Source: a virus (lineage: Duplodnaviria > Caudoviricetes). From it: DNA of 26,471 bases. Where the stretch lies: positions 1 to 26,471 of IMG/VR virus record IMGVR_UViG_3300027689_000031; one strand, given 5' to 3'. Below, piece after piece: positions 25,295-26,471 of this stretch (position 1 is its first letter; the number at the start of each line of letters is the position of its first letter). A model generated the notes under the pieces. That model was not told where the DNA came from. It saw only the letters and a list, made by a program, of their open reading frames with translations, and did not search any database. Position numbers and translations under genes: made by a program.

Positions 25295-25540
25295 CAGCAA
25301 TGGAACAGAAACAGAACAGAACCAGAACCTTTTCAGACTCGACCACTTTCCATACTGACCTACCCTCAAACCCAAATCGTGCTGTATGAGGCTTAAAATC
25401 GGTTTTAGAGGGTAGTGCAGAAATGCAACATAATTTGCTGCAAATCAGAAAATCGACATGGCGATGCAAAATAGTGTCTTTTAAATACCCTCAAACTTGA
25501 TAAACTTGAGACTCAATACAAGCACAGGAGCAACCAACCA

Positions 25541-25735
25541 ATGACTAACCGCAACCCCGCAATCAAAGCCTTTGACGCGCAGATAGACGCGCTGACCGCA
25601 ACACGCGCACAATACGATGCCAGCATCAAGGCTTGCACCGACAACGGCATGGCCGCGCACCTGCGCGAACAGGCCGCGCTGTTCACTGGCTATATCGCAC
25701 AAGCCCGCGCTGACCGCGCAGCAATCAGCTACTAA
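25541..25735 (+). CDS. Small hypothetical early protein
   Basis: Strong SD ACAGGAG; first gene of the divergent operon. Confidence 0.75.
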   Translation: MTNRNPAIKAFDAQIDALTATRAQYDASIKACTDNGMAAHLREQAALFTGYIAQARADRAAISY

Positions 25736-25758
25736 TCAACCAACAGGAGCAACCAACC

Positions 25759-26067
25759 ATGACTAACACCGACACCGACATCATCGCCACCGGCGGCTTC
25801 AACACTGGCCGCCAATATACTGCCGAAGGGCAGCGCATCTTTTGGGCGCAGCGCGCAGACGGCTGGGTCTATTTCAACGACGCTGACCGGATGCTGTCGG
25901 CTTGGATTAAGCGCGACGGCACATTGCCAGCATCTTACCCCATGTCGCCAGAACGTCTGATGAAGCAGTATGACGCTGGCGCTTACAGCTATAAGCCAGA
26001 GGGCGGACATCCTGAGCGCATCGAAATACCAGCCGATTTCGATTACGGCACAGCCCTTCGCATTTAA
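25759..26067 (+). CDS. Hypothetical early protein
   Basis: Same SD block as the previous gene; FNTGRQYTAEGQRI...VYFNDADRM. Confidence 0.8.
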   Translation: MTNTDTDIIATGGFNTGRQYTAEGQRIFWAQRADGWVYFNDADRMLSAWIKRDGTLPASYPMSPERLMKQYDAGAYSYKPEGGHPERIEIPADFDYGTALRI

Positions 26068-26124
26068 ACCTACTCTGCGTGGCGCAGCTCGTCACGCAGG
26101 CCATTTTCAACTGGAGTGAGAACC

Positions 26125-26352
26125 ATGACTAACGACACAACAATATCCAAGACTGACGCTGCCGAACTAGCGCACACCTTTAGCTGGTATATGCGCGATG
26201 TCGCTGCTGGCGATAACAATGGCATCTACATCTACGGCGAGTGGTTGCTGTCGATGCAAGAGCGCATGGGTGTCGAACTTATGAAGCCAGAGTATATCCG
26301 CTACAGCGTTGCCGTCGCAGAGAAAATCATAACGGCAGAGTTAGCAGCGTGA
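26125..26352 (+). CDS. Hypothetical early protein
   Basis: SD TGGAG, ATG at 26125 (MTNDTT...). Confidence 0.75.
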   Translation: MTNDTTISKTDAAELAHTFSWYMRDVAAGDNNGIYIYGEWLLSMQERMGVELMKPEYIRYSVAVAEKIITAELAA

Positions 26353-26438
26353 TAGGCCACATTATCGCAACAGCCGGCTTTGTTGCCGTGCTGTTGCTGT
26401 CGATCACAGCCATCATCATTACATTGAAAGGACACTGA
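26349..26438 (+). CDS. 29-aa single-TM membrane peptide
   Basis: GTGA overlap with the previous stop; MIGHIIATAGFVAVLLLSITAIIITLKGH. Confidence 0.55.
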   Translation: MIGHIIATAGFVAVLLLSITAIIITLKGH

Positions 26439-26441
26439 GCA

Positions 26442-26471
26442 ATGACACAAGACCGCAACTATTTACGGATG
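26442..26471 (+). CDS. Start of the next early gene, truncated by the window edge
   Basis: SD AAAGGA then ATG ACA CAA GAC CGC (MTQDRNYLRM). Confidence 0.5.
   Translation, partial: MTQDRNYLRM

Noticed and set aside
25266-25469. 67-aa minus-strand ORF in the intergenic region, and minus ORFs over the early genes
   Set aside because: It runs through non-coding repeat motifs with no SD; the plus-strand genes have much stronger initiation signals.
1-26471. tRNA, rRNA, integrase, transposase, intron/intein or alternative genetic code
   Set aside because: No such signatures were seen; core genes are uninterrupted and of normal length under the standard code.

Overview
This window is part of a tailed dsDNA phage genome: a short-tailed, P22-like podovirus of a Gram-negative host. 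Positions 4-24536 are one tightly packed minus-strand late operon. In order it encodes TerS, TerL, four tiny Lys/Pro-rich basic proteins, portal, a 7-bladed beta-propeller fibre with a small partner and fibre chaperone, and a Dps/ferritin-like protein. Next come scaffold, P22-type coat, two probable decoration proteins, gp4- and gp10-like tail proteins, tail/adaptor proteins, an Asp/Asn-beta-hydroxylase-family dioxygenase and a GNAT. It ends with three ejection proteins (one with a lytic transglycosylase), a lysis cassette (two holin-like genes, M15 endolysin, overlapping spanins) and an HTH-metallophosphoesterase. A ~1-kb non-coding region (24537-25540) separates this operon from divergent small plus-strand early genes. 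The most striking non-obvious signals are: (1) a 54-bp tandem repeat whose variation preserves an RNA hairpin rather than the apparent protein; (2) an origin-like cluster of eight GACGTC-core repeats around a perfect DnaA box; (3) a pseudoknot plus SD-sequestering hairpin in the scaffold leader; (4) repeated start-associated sequences on the early genes; (5) the basic mini-protein cluster. All calls come from reading motifs and synteny by eye; no searches were run.
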